From: Candidatus Moranbacteria bacterium RIFCSPHIGHO2_01_FULL_55_24
GTDB lineage: Bacteria > Patescibacteriota > Minisyncoccia > Moranbacterales > UBA1568
Direction of reading: 5' to 3'
NCBI GenBank assembly: GCA_001786575.1
Contig: MFRW01000010.1
Coordinates: forward strand, 1 to 51,091
Length of the DNA stretch: 51,091 nucleotides
Of the stretch, positions 17,855 to 27,735 are shown piece after piece. The number at the start of each line of letters is the position of its first letter. The first letter of the stretch is position 1. The translations under genes and the position numbers were made by a program. The notes beneath the pieces were generated by a model, which saw only the letters and a program-made list of their open reading frames with translations, did not search any database and was not told the DNA's origin.

Positions 17855-19039
17855 ATGCAAAAACTCTACCGATATCAGGGTCTGTGGTTCGCTATACGTG
17901 CGGCCATGGTCTTGGGCGTCGCCTGGGTGCTCTGGGGACTGTGGACCGGCGCCAGGCTTTCTTGGTTCGGGAATGTCACGATGCTTCAGTTCTTCTGGCT
18001 GATCTTGATGCCGGTGATCGTTCTTGTCATGTACTTCTCGCCCATGCTCTGGCGGAACACCTGTCCGCTCTCGACCGTCAGCCTGTGGCGCTTCACGCTC
18101 TTCGGACGGCGCAAGCTCTCGCGGATCGGCATACGAGCGAACGAGCTTACCGGCCTTCATGGCAAACTCTATGATCTGATCCGGAAGCGCGGCCTGGTCA
18201 TAAGCGCGCTCCTCTTCTGGCTTATCGTCCCGTATCGCCTCGCGCTTTTCAATGCCGACAGCCATTCCACCTTCTGGCTCATCGTGGCCGTCTTCGCGGC
18301 TGCATTCGTTTTCGGAGCGCTTTTCCCGGTGAAGAGCGGCTGGTGCACGAGCATCTGTCCGATCGCCGCTGCCGAGAAGGCCTACGGCATGAACCCGGCC
18401 TTCCAGATAGAGAATACGCGCTGCCACTTCTTCAATCGGGAAGTAGGAAAGGTGATGAGCTGCAGCGGCTGCACGTTCAACTGCTGGGACGTGGTGGAGC
18501 CCGAGCATGCCTACTGGCAGCAATCGACCGAAAAGATTTTCCATGACACCGTAAACGCCGCGATGCGCAAGCTCTTCGTGGCGACCCTTCCCGGATTCAT
18601 GATCGTGTTCTTCTTCCTGGCGAACAAGATCTGGACGCTTCCGACGGGTCTCCCTGGCGGGAAGGTCTCCGCTCTCTACCTGGCCTTCGCTCTCGGTATG
18701 GGTGTCTCGGCTGGGATCTATGCGGTCATCAAGCGGAGTGCGAAAAAGCGCCTGCGCCGGGCAGAGCCGGATGAGAAAAGTTTCCTGGTCCGCTATACCG
18801 TGGCCAAGCGCCGCTTGGATCTCTTCTTCGTGACGTTCACGCTCAATACGATCGTCTTTTTCGTGACCTCCGCTTGGACCTTCCTCCTCCTTCCGCGCTT
18901 CTTTGCGATCGATCCCGTATCCCAAGGGGTGCTCTGGAGCATGCTCTTCTTCGCATTCTTCTTCGCTTCGCTCATCGGACTCCGCTCCGGCTGGAACGAA
19001 AAACCGGGCCCCGGCAATTACCGGCCCAACTGGTGGTAG
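17855..19039 (+). CDS. Polytopic membrane protein with putative 4Fe-4S binding motifs (NapH/FixG-like)
   Basis: WRNTCPL, GWCTSICP, C...CSGCTFNCWD motifs among many TM helices. Confidence 0.7.
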   Translation: MQKLYRYQGLWFAIRAAMVLGVAWVLWGLWTGARLSWFGNVTMLQFFWLILMPVIVLVMYFSPMLWRNTCPLSTVSLWRFTLFGRRKLSRIGIRANELTGLHGKLYDLIRKRGLVISALLFWLIVPYRLALFNADSHSTFWLIVAVFAAAFVFGALFPVKSGWCTSICPIAAAEKAYGMNPAFQIENTRCHFFNREVGKVMSCSGCTFNCWDVVEPEHAYWQQSTEKIFHDTVNAAMRKLFVATLPGFMIVFFFLANKIWTLPTGLPGGKVSALYLAFALGMGVSAGIYAVIKRSAKKRLRRAEPDEKSFLVRYTVAKRRLDLFFVTFTLNTIVFFVTSAWTFLLLPRFFAIDPVSQGVLWSMLFFAFFFASLIGLRSGWNEKPGPGNYRPNWW

Positions 19040-19049
19040 CAGGGACTGC

Positions 19050-21134
19050 TTATTCGAAATGGACGCGTTCCTCGAAACGCTTCAAGGCTTCGCGGAGCGC
19101 AGGGTGCTTTTCGAGGTGCGGATCGTTCGCGAGGATTCCCTTGGCTTCGTCTCTCGCGATGGTGACGAGTTTCATATTGGTCAGGTTTTCCATGGCGATG
19201 TCTGGGAGGCCGGACTGACGCGTGCCGAAGAAGGCACCGGGCCCGCGGAGCGCGAGGTCGGCCTCGGCGATGGCGAAGCCGCTCGCTTCTTTTTCAAGCA
19301 CTTCTAGACGCTCGAGATTTTTGGCGTTCTCGCCCGGGACGAGGAAACAGTATGATTGGTGTTCGCCCCGGCCCACGCGCCCGCGGAACTGGTGGAGCTG
19401 GGCCAGGCCGAAGCGCTCGGCTTCTTCGATGAGGATGATACTCGCGTTCGGCACGTCGACGCCTACCTCGACGACCGCGGTCGCGACGAGGATATCATAG
19501 TCTTTCTCGCGGAAGGCATGCATGATGTCTTCCTTTTCCTTGGCTTTGAGCTTGCCGTGGATGAGGCCGACGGAGAGATGAGGGAAGATCTTGTGCGTCA
19601 GCTTCTCATGCTCTTTGACGGCCGCTTTCACTTCTTTGAGCGCGAGGGATTCCTCGACGAGCGGGAAGATGATGAAGGCTTGACGGCCCTTCTTGATTTC
19701 CTGATTGATGAACTGGTAGACCTTTTCCCGGGCTGTCTGGTTTTTCACCAGTTTGGTAATGATAGGTTTCCGATTCTTGGGGAGTTCGTCGAGAAGCGAG
19801 ATCTCGAGGTTGCCGAAGAAGGCGAGGGAGAGGGTGCGGGGGATGGGGGTCGCGGTCATGGTGAGGAAGTGGGGGACGCGGTCTGCTTGGCCATCCTGGC
19901 TTCCGAAGCTCATGTCTTGGAGCTTGGCGCGCTGGGCGACGCCGAAGCGGTGCTGCTCGTCGACGATGACGAGCGCCAGCTTCTGGAAGCGCACGTCCTC
20001 CTGGAGGAGGGCATGGGTACCCACGATGATTTTCGGGATGCCGCTCTCGATCGCTTTCTGCATGGTCTTTCTCGTAACGGTTTTTCCGTCGAGGAGGCGA
20101 TAGCTCCCGGTGAAGAGCGAGACCGTTTCGCCGCCCGGAGCGAAGAGGCTCGAGAGGCTCTCGAAGTGCTGGCGGGCGAGGACTTCGGTCGGCGCGAGGA
20201 GCGCCACCTGGCAGCCCTGTCCCGCTGCGGCCAGAGCGGCGACGGCAGCTACTACGGTCTTGCCGGAACCGACGTCGCCGTTTAGGAGACGGTTCATCGG
20301 GTGCGGCCCGGCGAGGTCGTCTAAGATTTCTCCCACGGCTTTCTTCTGTGCGCCGGTGAGGGAGAAAGGGAGAGTCTCGATGAAATTCTCGAGGATCTGC
20401 GGCGGGAGCTCCAGGCTTTCGGCAAGACTCGTCTCGAAGAGCGCCTTCAGCTGGAGCGCCTTCAGCTGGACGAGAAACATCTCGTCGAAGGCGGAACGCT
20501 TCTCCGCGAGGAGAATCTCTTTTTCGTTCTTGGGGAAGTGAAGGTAGCGCAGGCTCTGGTGGTAGGAGGGGAGATGGAGCCGCTCGAGGATTTCCTGCGG
20601 CACCGGGTCGGGGATCGCTTTGATCTTCTGGAACAGGGCGGTGATCTGCCAGCGGAAGAAACGCGAGGTGAGTCCGCGGGTCTCCGGATAGACGGGAACG
20701 AGGCGGCCCGTGTGGGTGGCGTCGCGCTCGGCGCGTTCGAGTTCGGGGTTGGTCATGAGGAGGCCGCCTTTGTCGGCAGTCACCTTGCCGGAGAGGCGGA
20801 CGGCTGATCCGACCTTGAGCGCTGTGGCGATGAAGCGCTGGTTGAACCAGACGACCCGGAGCGTCCCGGAATCATCCGCCACGCTTATCTCGGTTACGAG
20901 CATCCGCTTGCGGAAGCTTTTCCCCGAGTGGAGCTTGGTGACGGTGCCGAGGACGGTGCATTTCTCGCCGGCTGCAAGTGACGCGATGGGGCGGATCGTC
21001 GCGTAGTCTTCATAACGGTGCGGCAGATGCGAAAAGAGGTCTCCGACGGTCAAGAGCCCCATGTTCTGGAGCTTGGCGAGCACGGGTTTCTTGATGCTCG
21101 GAATGGAAGAAAGAAGGGTATCGAGTGAGGACAT
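19050..21134 (-). CDS. recG: ATP-dependent DNA helicase RecG
   Basis: MNRLLNGDVGSGKT, DEQHRFGV, MTATPIPRTL, AERFGLAQLHQFRGRVGRG, DLALRGPG. Confidence 0.99.
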   Translation of the reverse strand: MSSLDTLLSSIPSIKKPVLAKLQNMGLLTVGDLFSHLPHRYEDYATIRPIASLAAGEKCTVLGTVTKLHSGKSFRKRMLVTEISVADDSGTLRVVWFNQRFIATALKVGSAVRLSGKVTADKGGLLMTNPELERAERDATHTGRLVPVYPETRGLTSRFFRWQITALFQKIKAIPDPVPQEILERLHLPSYHQSLRYLHFPKNEKEILLAEKRSAFDEMFLVQLKALQLKALFETSLAESLELPPQILENFIETLPFSLTGAQKKAVGEILDDLAGPHPMNRLLNGDVGSGKTVVAAVAALAAAGQGCQVALLAPTEVLARQHFESLSSLFAPGGETVSLFTGSYRLLDGKTVTRKTMQKAIESGIPKIIVGTHALLQEDVRFQKLALVIVDEQHRFGVAQRAKLQDMSFGSQDGQADRVPHFLTMTATPIPRTLSLAFFGNLEISLLDELPKNRKPIITKLVKNQTAREKVYQFINQEIKKGRQAFIIFPLVEESLALKEVKAAVKEHEKLTHKIFPHLSVGLIHGKLKAKEKEDIMHAFREKDYDILVATAVVEVGVDVPNASIILIEEAERFGLAQLHQFRGRVGRGEHQSYCFLVPGENAKNLERLEVLEKEASGFAIAEADLALRGPGAFFGTRQSGLPDIAMENLTNMKLVTIARDEAKGILANDPHLEKHPALREALKRFEERVHFE

Positions 21135-21235
21135 AGGCTTTGTTCCAGTATAGCCTATCAGGGAGACCGGAAAAGGCGAAAGAAAAAAGCCCTCCTTCCA
21201 AGTTTGGAAAAAGGGCTTTTGAGGGTCGGTACCGG

Positions 21236-21598
21236 TCAGGCCGCCGGAGAAGGCGTGCCGGCATCAGGCTCGAAACTTTTCGGCCGGAACTCGTCATTGA
21301 TGTAGCGAATGTTCTGCCGGATAGGCAGCTCGATCGGCGTAATCGAATCCGTGAGGTGGGCGATGATCTTCTCCGCGAGCTTCACGAATTCGACCATATT
21401 CGTTTCCGGTGGCACGATATGGACCCGGTGTCCTTCGATCGCATAGGTAACGTGTTTCCCACTGGTCTTCTCGAATTTGGTCAGACGTTCCAGAATCTCT
21501 TCCACGACTTTCGGCTCGGAACAGTCGTCGTAAAAGGTGAGGGCGATGAAAGGCTTGTCTTCATCGGTGAAAGAAAGTGCAGAATCAGCGATTTTCAC
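21236..21598 (-). CDS. Hypothetical protein (ORFan-like)
   Basis: GTG start with SD AAGAGGAG, promoter TTGACT-17-TATAAT, downstream hairpin. Confidence 0.65.
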   Translation of the reverse strand: MKIADSALSFTDEDKPFIALTFYDDCSEPKVVEEILERLTKFEKTSGKHVTYAIEGHRVHIVPPETNMVEFVKLAEKIIAHLTDSITPIELPIRQNIRYINDEFRPKSFEPDAGTPSPAA

Positions 21599-21732
21599 GG
21601 CTTTTCTCCTCTTCGATTTTCAAGATACTTCAAAAGACATTATACACCATTTTATGGGAAAAGTCAAGTGTTCCTGCAGACGATGCTTTCCGCTACAATG
21701 AGAGAGAAATCCGCTTGAGAAAGAAAAAATAT

Positions 21733-22584
21733 ATGGAATATACGGACCAGCTGCTCGTCTCGTACAGCAACGGAAGTTTCTTGCCCTCGCAAGATATCGC
21801 GGTCTCGCCTTGGGACTTGGGGTATCTGCGCGGTTACGGTGTTTTCGATGTCATGCCGATCGTGAATGGGAAGCCGTTCCACTGGGAATGGCACTTCGAA
21901 CGCCTGGAAAAGTCGGCGCAAGAGCTGTGCCTCAAGATCCCGGTCAGCCGGGATGAGTACCGAAGAATCCTGGAAGAACTGGTCCAGCGCAATGAAGGCT
22001 ATGACATCATCGTAAGGACGGTCCTTTCCGGCGGGCCTGCCGAAGACGCGTTCACTCCGGTTCCCGGGAAGGAAACATTCCTGGTTCTCGCGGAAGCAGC
22101 GCACCCGCTTCCTCCCGCTGTCTATGAGACAGGAACGAAGATCGTCACTCTCGAGCATGTGCGCACGTTCCCGCGAGTCAAGATGACCCATTATGTATCG
22201 GCTATCTGCTCGCTTCCCAAGCGGCACGCGGCCGGAGCGACGGAAACGCTCTACGTCATGGACGGACAGATTTCCGAATGCGCGCAGTCGAACATCTTCT
22301 GCATCCAGGACGGGAAGCTCATTACGACGACAGAGAGTTCTCTCTTAGGCGTGACGCAACGGATCATCTGCGAGAAGATCGCCGCCTCTTGCGGTATCGA
22401 GGTAGAAGTGCGACCGATCATGCTGGCAGAACTCTTGGCGGCGCCCGAAGTCTTCCTCACAGGAAGCAACAAGGGAATCGTACCGATCGTGAAGATCGAT
22501 GAGCGCGTGATCGGAGCAGGAGTTCCCGGGCCGCTCACCAAACGCCTCATAGAAAAATACCGTGAGTATACGTCCCAGTATTGA
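21733..22584 (+). CDS. Class IV PLP aminotransferase (BCAT/D-amino-acid aminotransferase family)
   Basis: DLGYLRGYGVFD, HFERL, RVK catalytic Lys, ISECAQSNIF, LLGVT, EVFLTGS, PGPLT. Confidence 0.9.
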   Translation: MEYTDQLLVSYSNGSFLPSQDIAVSPWDLGYLRGYGVFDVMPIVNGKPFHWEWHFERLEKSAQELCLKIPVSRDEYRRILEELVQRNEGYDIIVRTVLSGGPAEDAFTPVPGKETFLVLAEAAHPLPPAVYETGTKIVTLEHVRTFPRVKMTHYVSAICSLPKRHAAGATETLYVMDGQISECAQSNIFCIQDGKLITTTESSLLGVTQRIICEKIAASCGIEVEVRPIMLAELLAAPEVFLTGSNKGIVPIVKIDERVIGAGVPGPLTKRLIEKYREYTSQY

Positions 22585-22643
22585 GGCGTGTCGAATATAA
22601 AAAATGAAAAGGCCCGATAAAAATCGAACCTTTCATTCTTTTG

Positions 22644-22716
22644 TGTCCCCGGCAGGAATCGGACCTGCGGCCTTCTGGACCGGAACCAGACGCTCTATCC
22701 ACTGAGCTACGGAGAC
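22644..22716 (-). tRNA. tRNA-Arg(CCG)
   Basis: TCTGG-TT-CCG-GT-CCAGA anticodon arm; atypical T-loop TCCGATT. Confidence 0.9.
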
Positions 22717-22858
22717 ATATTTTGCTTGTATTCTAAGTCCGAACGGCTTTCCTATGGTAGCGAAAGTCTTCGAAAACAGCAATAATTGACTTTTTCTGCC
22801 GGGGTGGCATGATGGAGGCGAGTTCTTTGGCATCCTTTGTTCTGAAAGGAGGAGACCC

Positions 22859-23326
22859 ATGTCTACGCTTTTTTGGGGAACTCATCACACCCGTCAAACA
22901 CTGTTAGAGAAAGGGCTGCTGGAGCTTATCGAGCCGGATATGGATTTCGATATCTGTGCGATAATTCTCGGCCGAGTGAATGACCTGGAAGTCAAGCGGA
23001 CCTACACTCTTTATCGGTTAGCTATCCGAGACGCTCTGTCGATGCAAGAGCTCTACGCGAGCGTCAAGCATGAGAGCCCTGCGGCGGCCAGAAAAGCCTA
23101 CCAAGAGTTTCTCGAGCTCACTTGGCAGACTAATGTCGTCTTTCATTATCTCCAGTTCGAGCTCCATCGTTCCTTTGACCTTCTCGACAAGTTCGACCGC
23201 ACGCACTGTATTTCTCTCCATGGCGGTTGGATCGCCTCGCAAGACGAAGTCGTTCCCATTGATGTGTCTTCGGATGGAGGTGAAGACGAGAGCAGCGTTT
23301 CCGAGAGATGGATATGGCCGCAATAG
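22859..23326 (+). CDS. Hypothetical protein (ORFan-like)
   Basis: SD AAAGGAGG, promoter TTGACT-16-CATGAT, downstream hairpin with T tail. Confidence 0.7.
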   Translation: MSTLFWGTHHTRQTLLEKGLLELIEPDMDFDICAIILGRVNDLEVKRTYTLYRLAIRDALSMQELYASVKHESPAAARKAYQEFLELTWQTNVVFHYLQFELHRSFDLLDKFDRTHCISLHGGWIASQDEVVPIDVSSDGGEDESSVSERWIWPQ

Positions 23327-23455
23327 TGCCTTCCGGAAGAAAATCCTTACCCTCGTTCCAGCAAAGGAGCGAGGGTTTTTATTGACAAAAGGGGAATTTC
23401 CCGTATAATAGTAGTTCCCGATAGTTCATTCACATCTGAAGAAGGAGGACTCTTG

Positions 23456-23947
23456 ATGATCGAGGAAGATACCAGGGCAGAAGAGGAAGAGACCCGGGAA
23501 GGGAAATTGCAGCTGATCGGCCAGGCTGTTATGAAGCCGTTCGCCGAAATCGCTCTGCGGGTCTATCCGCCGGAACTCATTCTGCCGGAGGATCCCATTC
23601 TGGACAACGATCGGATAATCGGCTCGATTGCTGACAACGATTTTCTCAAGCGATTCTATTCGCTCGTCGAGCTCAAACAAATGGAACTCGACGAAGAGCA
23701 TTTTATCAGCCAGCAGCGGAAACGCGGGCCTGATAATAAGATCCTCATGTTTGAGGAAGAAGTTGAAGTTCTGAATCATATGCTCGATTTTCTCCTCCAC
23801 GAGGAATTCGGTTATTTCGAGAAGCGTGGGCCGAACGAGCACTTGCGGGTCTGCGAGGGCTGGCAAGTGGCGTGCACCACCTGGGAAAAGCAAGTCGAGG
23901 ATCTTATTCCGGGACGCGCTTTCTTCCAACCCAGAAAAGTCCATTAA
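23456..23947 (+). CDS. Hypothetical acidic protein (ORFan-like)
   Basis: SD AAGGAGG 7 nt before ATG, promoter TTGACA-16-TATAAT, downstream hairpin. Confidence 0.75.
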   Translation: MIEEDTRAEEEETREGKLQLIGQAVMKPFAEIALRVYPPELILPEDPILDNDRIIGSIADNDFLKRFYSLVELKQMELDEEHFISQQRKRGPDNKILMFEEEVEVLNHMLDFLLHEEFGYFEKRGPNEHLRVCEGWQVACTTWEKQVEDLIPGRAFFQPRKVH

Positions 23948-24013
23948 GGATCAAGGATCCTTTCCTTTCAAAAGCCCCTGTCGCGGAACATCGCGCCAGG
24001 GGCTTTACATTTG

Positions 24014-24086
24014 TGTCCTTGGCAGGAATCGAACCTGCGACCTTTTGGACCGCAACCAAACGCTCTATCCACTGAGCTACAAGGAC
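24014..24086 (-). tRNA. tRNA-Arg(GCG)
   Basis: TTTGG-TT-GCG-GT-CCAAA anticodon arm, GGTTCGATTCC T-arm. Confidence 0.93.
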
Positions 24087-24165
24087 GTATATTTTGCCGA
24101 AGCCTTTTTTACAAAAGGACGGATAAGAAAACAAAAACTTTCCAAATATGTGGCGGAAAGCTCCT

Positions 24166-24666
24166 CTAAATATGCAGGAATTTCTCCAATGTGTCAACTA
24201 AGCTGGGCTCGTGAGTGTCTTCGGGGACGAATTCCCGGAGCGAGCGGTAGATGGTGTCGCGTTCGCCTTCCGGCAAAGGGACATGGACATGGGAGAGGAG
24301 CGTGCCGTTGACCTTGAGGCTCAAGAGGTTCTCGAAAGGGTATTCCGTGTAGATATGGAAAGACTCGATCGTATTGTAGCGGTAGAAGTCTTTTCCGAGG
24401 ACGGCGCCCTTTGTCGTGAGAGCATAGGTGAGGATGCGCGGCTCCTGGTGCTGGAGCAGGTAGCCGACGACGCCGATTAAGATGAAAGTGATCGCCATGA
24501 GCGGGCTGTTGGTGAGGAGCGCGTAGCCGATAATGACGATCAGGAGCGAGGTCGTGATCATGCGCGAGCGGGGCCCGAGCTCGAAGTCCTCATGCTCCGG
24601 TGCTTGCCACTGGAAGAGTGGCGTGCCTATGCCGCTGAAAGAAGTGTCGGAAGGTTTGGGTTCCAT
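24166..24666 (-). CDS. Hypothetical membrane protein (2 TM plus soluble domain; resembles a CPR-conserved family)
   Basis: WQAPEH N-terminal motif, TM hairpin, YNTIESFHI; extended -10 TGATATAGT upstream. Confidence 0.75.
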   Translation of the reverse strand: MEPKPSDTSFSGIGTPLFQWQAPEHEDFELGPRSRMITTSLLIVIIGYALLTNSPLMAITFILIGVVGYLLQHQEPRILTYALTTKGAVLGKDFYRYNTIESFHIYTEYPFENLLSLKVNGTLLSHVHVPLPEGERDTIYRSLREFVPEDTHEPSLVDTLEKFLHI

Positions 24667-24757
24667 AGTATTTTGAGAATATCCATACTATATCATGAAA
24701 TGGCGCGGGGTTCACAGATGTTCCTCTGCCTGCTAGTATGGGTACGTTTTAGAAAAG

Positions 24758-24812
24758 ATATCCGGAGGAATGGTCCGCCAGCCGGCGGATTGAAGGCAGC
24801 AGTCTTGAAAAC
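24758..24812 (+). pseudogene. Partial tRNA-Ser duplicate carrying 16-bp palindrome (24774-24789)
   Basis: Exact 16-nt and 23-nt flanks shared with the tRNA locus; CCGAGTGG replaced by TCCGCCAGCCGGCGGA. Confidence 0.9.
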
Positions 24813-24839
24813 GGAGATGCTCTCTAAAGTGAAATATCC

Positions 24840-24926
<87 letters not shown>

Positions 24927-25061
24927 CAAAATGAAACGACTGCCTTCGGGCAGTTTTTTCATTGTAGACCGGAACACTTGACTCCCAGTTGAATTTTCAG
25001 TATTATCCTGGGTCAAGCAAATCTTGATACGAGTTCTTTTCGGCAATGAGGGAGGCCTACT

Positions 25062-25481
25062 ATGACCGATACGACAGAGCTTTCGGAGAAAGCGCTGGAG
25101 CTGATAGAGTTTTATGATTCCCAAGGCTGTCTCGGGGTATCCGAGCTGGTGCGCTGGCTCGATACCGAGGGCAGTACGGTCAATATGCTGGGAACGCCTA
25201 TGTACGGCATCCAGTATGTGCTTGCCGAGTGTACGACTGAAGAAGAACGGCGGCACATCTATAAGGCATACAAGAGACCGCTTTATCTGGGTACTGTGAA
25301 TGGCAGGTATAAGCCGATCGACACCCTGGACTGGATACGCGAACAAGACTTCGCAAGCCTTCCTTTACAGAACAAACGCGATTTCGACGAGTTCTGCCTG
25401 GAAGCGCTGCAATGCTTGAGAGGTGAAGCGCCATTAAGAAACATTGTCGGCCTCGCCTTGATCACAGCCACAGTCGAATGA
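25062..25481 (+). CDS. Hypothetical protein (ORFan-like)
   Basis: SD GGGAGG, promoter TTGACT-17-TATTAT. Confidence 0.7.
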   Translation: MTDTTELSEKALELIEFYDSQGCLGVSELVRWLDTEGSTVNMLGTPMYGIQYVLAECTTEEERRHIYKAYKRPLYLGTVNGRYKPIDTLDWIREQDFASLPLQNKRDFDEFCLEALQCLRGEAPLRNIVGLALITATVE

Positions 25482-25553
25482 ACCTTCGGCAGTCAGGAAT
25501 AACTTCTTGGCTGCCTTTTATTTTTCCTTTTTCGGGAGTACAATAGAGTTTCT

Positions 25554-26474
25554 ATGCAAGCGCTTGAAATCAAAAATCTGACGAAAAAGTACCCGACCGG
25601 GGTAGAAGCGCTCAAAGGCGTGAGCCTTTCGGTATCCGAAGGCGACTTCTTCGGACTTCTCGGGCCGAATGGCGCGGGCAAGAGCACGCTGATCGGCATC
25701 GTCACGGGACTCACCAACAAGAGCGGGGGAGAAGTGTCTGTCTTCGGGCATGATATCGAGGCCGAGACGACCCTGGCCAAATCTTCGATCGGCCTGGTGC
25801 CGCAGGAATTCAACTTCAGCATTTTCGAGAAAGTGATCAATATCCTCTTGGGCCAAGCCGGCTACTACGGGATTCCCCGGGATGAGGCTCTGAAGCATGC
25901 CGAGAAATACTTAAAGAAGCTCGGCCTCTGGGAAAAGCGCAATGACCAGGCCCGTACGCTTTCGGGCGGGATGAAGCGGCGCCTCATGATCGCGCGTGCT
26001 CTGGTGCACGAGCCGAAGCTCCTCATCCTAGACGAGCCGACGGCCGGAGTGGACATCGAACTCCGTCGGGGGATGTGGGATTTCCTGCGCGAACTCAATG
26101 CGGAAGGGACGACGATCATCCTGACTACTCATTACTTGGAGGAAGCCGAACAGCTGTGCCGGGAAGTGGCGATCATCAACAAGGGAGAGATCGTCGAACA
26201 TGGCCGGGTGAAAGATCTTCTCGGGAAGCTCCACATGGAAACATTTATCTTCGATCTGGCGAAGCCTCTGGATGAGAAGATGTGGGAGTTGATCCGCAAG
26301 TTCGAAGTGCGGAAGATCGATGAAGAGACGATAGAGGTGGATCTGGCCGAGGGAGAGACGCTGACCGAGATGGTCTTGGCGCTTGCCCGCCTGGGGATCA
26401 ACGTGAAAAGCATGCGTAACAAAGCGAACCGTCTGGAAGAGCTTTTTATCCGCCTGACGAAAAAAGAAGTATGA
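25554..26474 (+). CDS. ABC-2 type transporter ATP-binding protein (YadG-like)
   Basis: GPNGAGKST, LSGGMKRR, ILDEPT, TTHYLEEAE, NRLEELF. Confidence 0.95.
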   Translation: MQALEIKNLTKKYPTGVEALKGVSLSVSEGDFFGLLGPNGAGKSTLIGIVTGLTNKSGGEVSVFGHDIEAETTLAKSSIGLVPQEFNFSIFEKVINILLGQAGYYGIPRDEALKHAEKYLKKLGLWEKRNDQARTLSGGMKRRLMIARALVHEPKLLILDEPTAGVDIELRRGMWDFLRELNAEGTTIILTTHYLEEAEQLCREVAIINKGEIVEHGRVKDLLGKLHMETFIFDLAKPLDEKMWELIRKFEVRKIDEETIEVDLAEGETLTEMVLALARLGINVKSMRNKANRLEELFIRLTKKEV

Positions 26475-27244
26475 CCTGGGAAAAGATGTGGATCGCCTAT
26501 ATGACTATCGTCCGCCTGGAAATAGGCCGCTTTTTCCGTATCTGGACGCAGACGTTCCTGCCGCCGGCGATCACCACCACGCTCTACTACGTGATTTTCG
26601 GAGCGTTCATCGGGAGCCAAGTCGAACCGGTGGGCGATTTCAGCTATATGCAGTTCATCGTGCCGGGACTCGTCATGATGACCGTCATCACGAGTTCCTT
26701 CATGAATGTCGTGAGCTCGTTCTTCGGGTCCAAGTTCCAGAAGCAGCTCGAGGAGCTCTTGGTGTCCCCGGTGTCTCCCTTGATCGTGGTCGCGGGCTAT
26801 GTGACCGGCGGGGTGGTGCGCGGCCTCCTGACCGGCATCCTGGTACTGGCGATCGCGCTTTTCTTCACTCACTTAGCCATCCATAGCGTGTTCATGATCC
26901 TCGTCTTCATCCTCCTGACAAGCATCTTCTTCTCGCTTCTCGGATTGGTGACCGCGATCTTCGCCAAGAATTTCGACGGAGTTTCCATCATCCCGAACTT
27001 CGTCCTGACGCCGCTCACGTATCTCGGCGGCGTCTTCTACTCTATCCATATGCTGCCGGAGTTCTGGCAGAAGGTTTCGCTTCTGAACCCTATCCTCTAC
27101 ATGGTGAACGGCTTCCGTTTCGGGTTCCTGGGCATATCCGATGTGAATATCGCCTTCAGTCTGGCGATGCTTGCGGCGATGAGCCTTGCCGCGCTTCTCT
27201 TCACGCTCTATCTCTTCAAGACCGGCCGCGGCCTGCGGGCTTGA
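26471..27244 (+). CDS. ABC-2 type transporter permease (YadH-like)
   Basis: RIWTQT, YMQFIVPGL, LTPLTYLGGVFYS, NPILYMVNGFR; ATGA overlap with the ATPase. Confidence 0.95.
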   Translation: MTWEKMWIAYMTIVRLEIGRFFRIWTQTFLPPAITTTLYYVIFGAFIGSQVEPVGDFSYMQFIVPGLVMMTVITSSFMNVVSSFFGSKFQKQLEELLVSPVSPLIVVAGYVTGGVVRGLLTGILVLAIALFFTHLAIHSVFMILVFILLTSIFFSLLGLVTAIFAKNFDGVSIIPNFVLTPLTYLGGVFYSIHMLPEFWQKVSLLNPILYMVNGFRFGFLGISDVNIAFSLAMLAAMSLAALLFTLYLFKTGRGLRA

Positions 27245-27420
27245 TCCCCGGGTCTGGAGGGGGTTGCAAAAAAGGCTTTTTATGGTAGTATGGGGGTGAT
27301 GTAAGTTTTCGTTCTGGAGAAACGCTCGCGAAGCTTTGAGTTGCCGCTCAAGCCTCTCGTCTAGTAGGGCCAGGAGTCAGAAGGTCGCCTTACAGAGATA
27401 ATTCAAAAAGAAGGCTTGAT

Positions 27421-27735
27421 ATGGCAACAAAATTGTACGTCGGCGGTGTTTCTTACAACACCACTGATCAAGGTCTCCAGGATGCTTTCGCACAGGCGGG
27501 TAATGTCACCTCTGCGAAAATCGTCATCGATCGGATGACCAACCGTTCTCGCGGTTTCGGCTTTGTCGAAATGGCGTCAGAAGAAGAAGCCCAGAAGGCT
27601 ATCGAACTCTGGAACGGTAAGGAACTCGATGGCCGCACGCTGACTGTGAACGAAGCTCGTCCTATGGAAGAGCGTCCTCGCACTGGCGGTGGTGGTCGTG
27701 ATTTCGGAGGCGACCGCGGCGGTAACCGCTGGTAG
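27421..27735 (+). CDS. RRM RNA-binding protein with Gly-rich tail
   Basis: RNP2 LYVGGV, RNP1 RGFGFVEM, LTVNEARP; terminator at 27746-27776. Confidence 0.97.
   Translation: MATKLYVGGVSYNTTDQGLQDAFAQAGNVTSAKIVIDRMTNRSRGFGFVEMASEEEAQKAIELWNGKELDGRTLTVNEARPMEERPRTGGGGRDFGGDRGGNRW

Noticed and set aside
22717..24013. Prophage or integrative island between the two tRNA-Arg paralogs
   Set aside because: Both flanks are complete tRNAs with different anticodons and there is no integrase or phage gene; kept only as ORFan cassettes.
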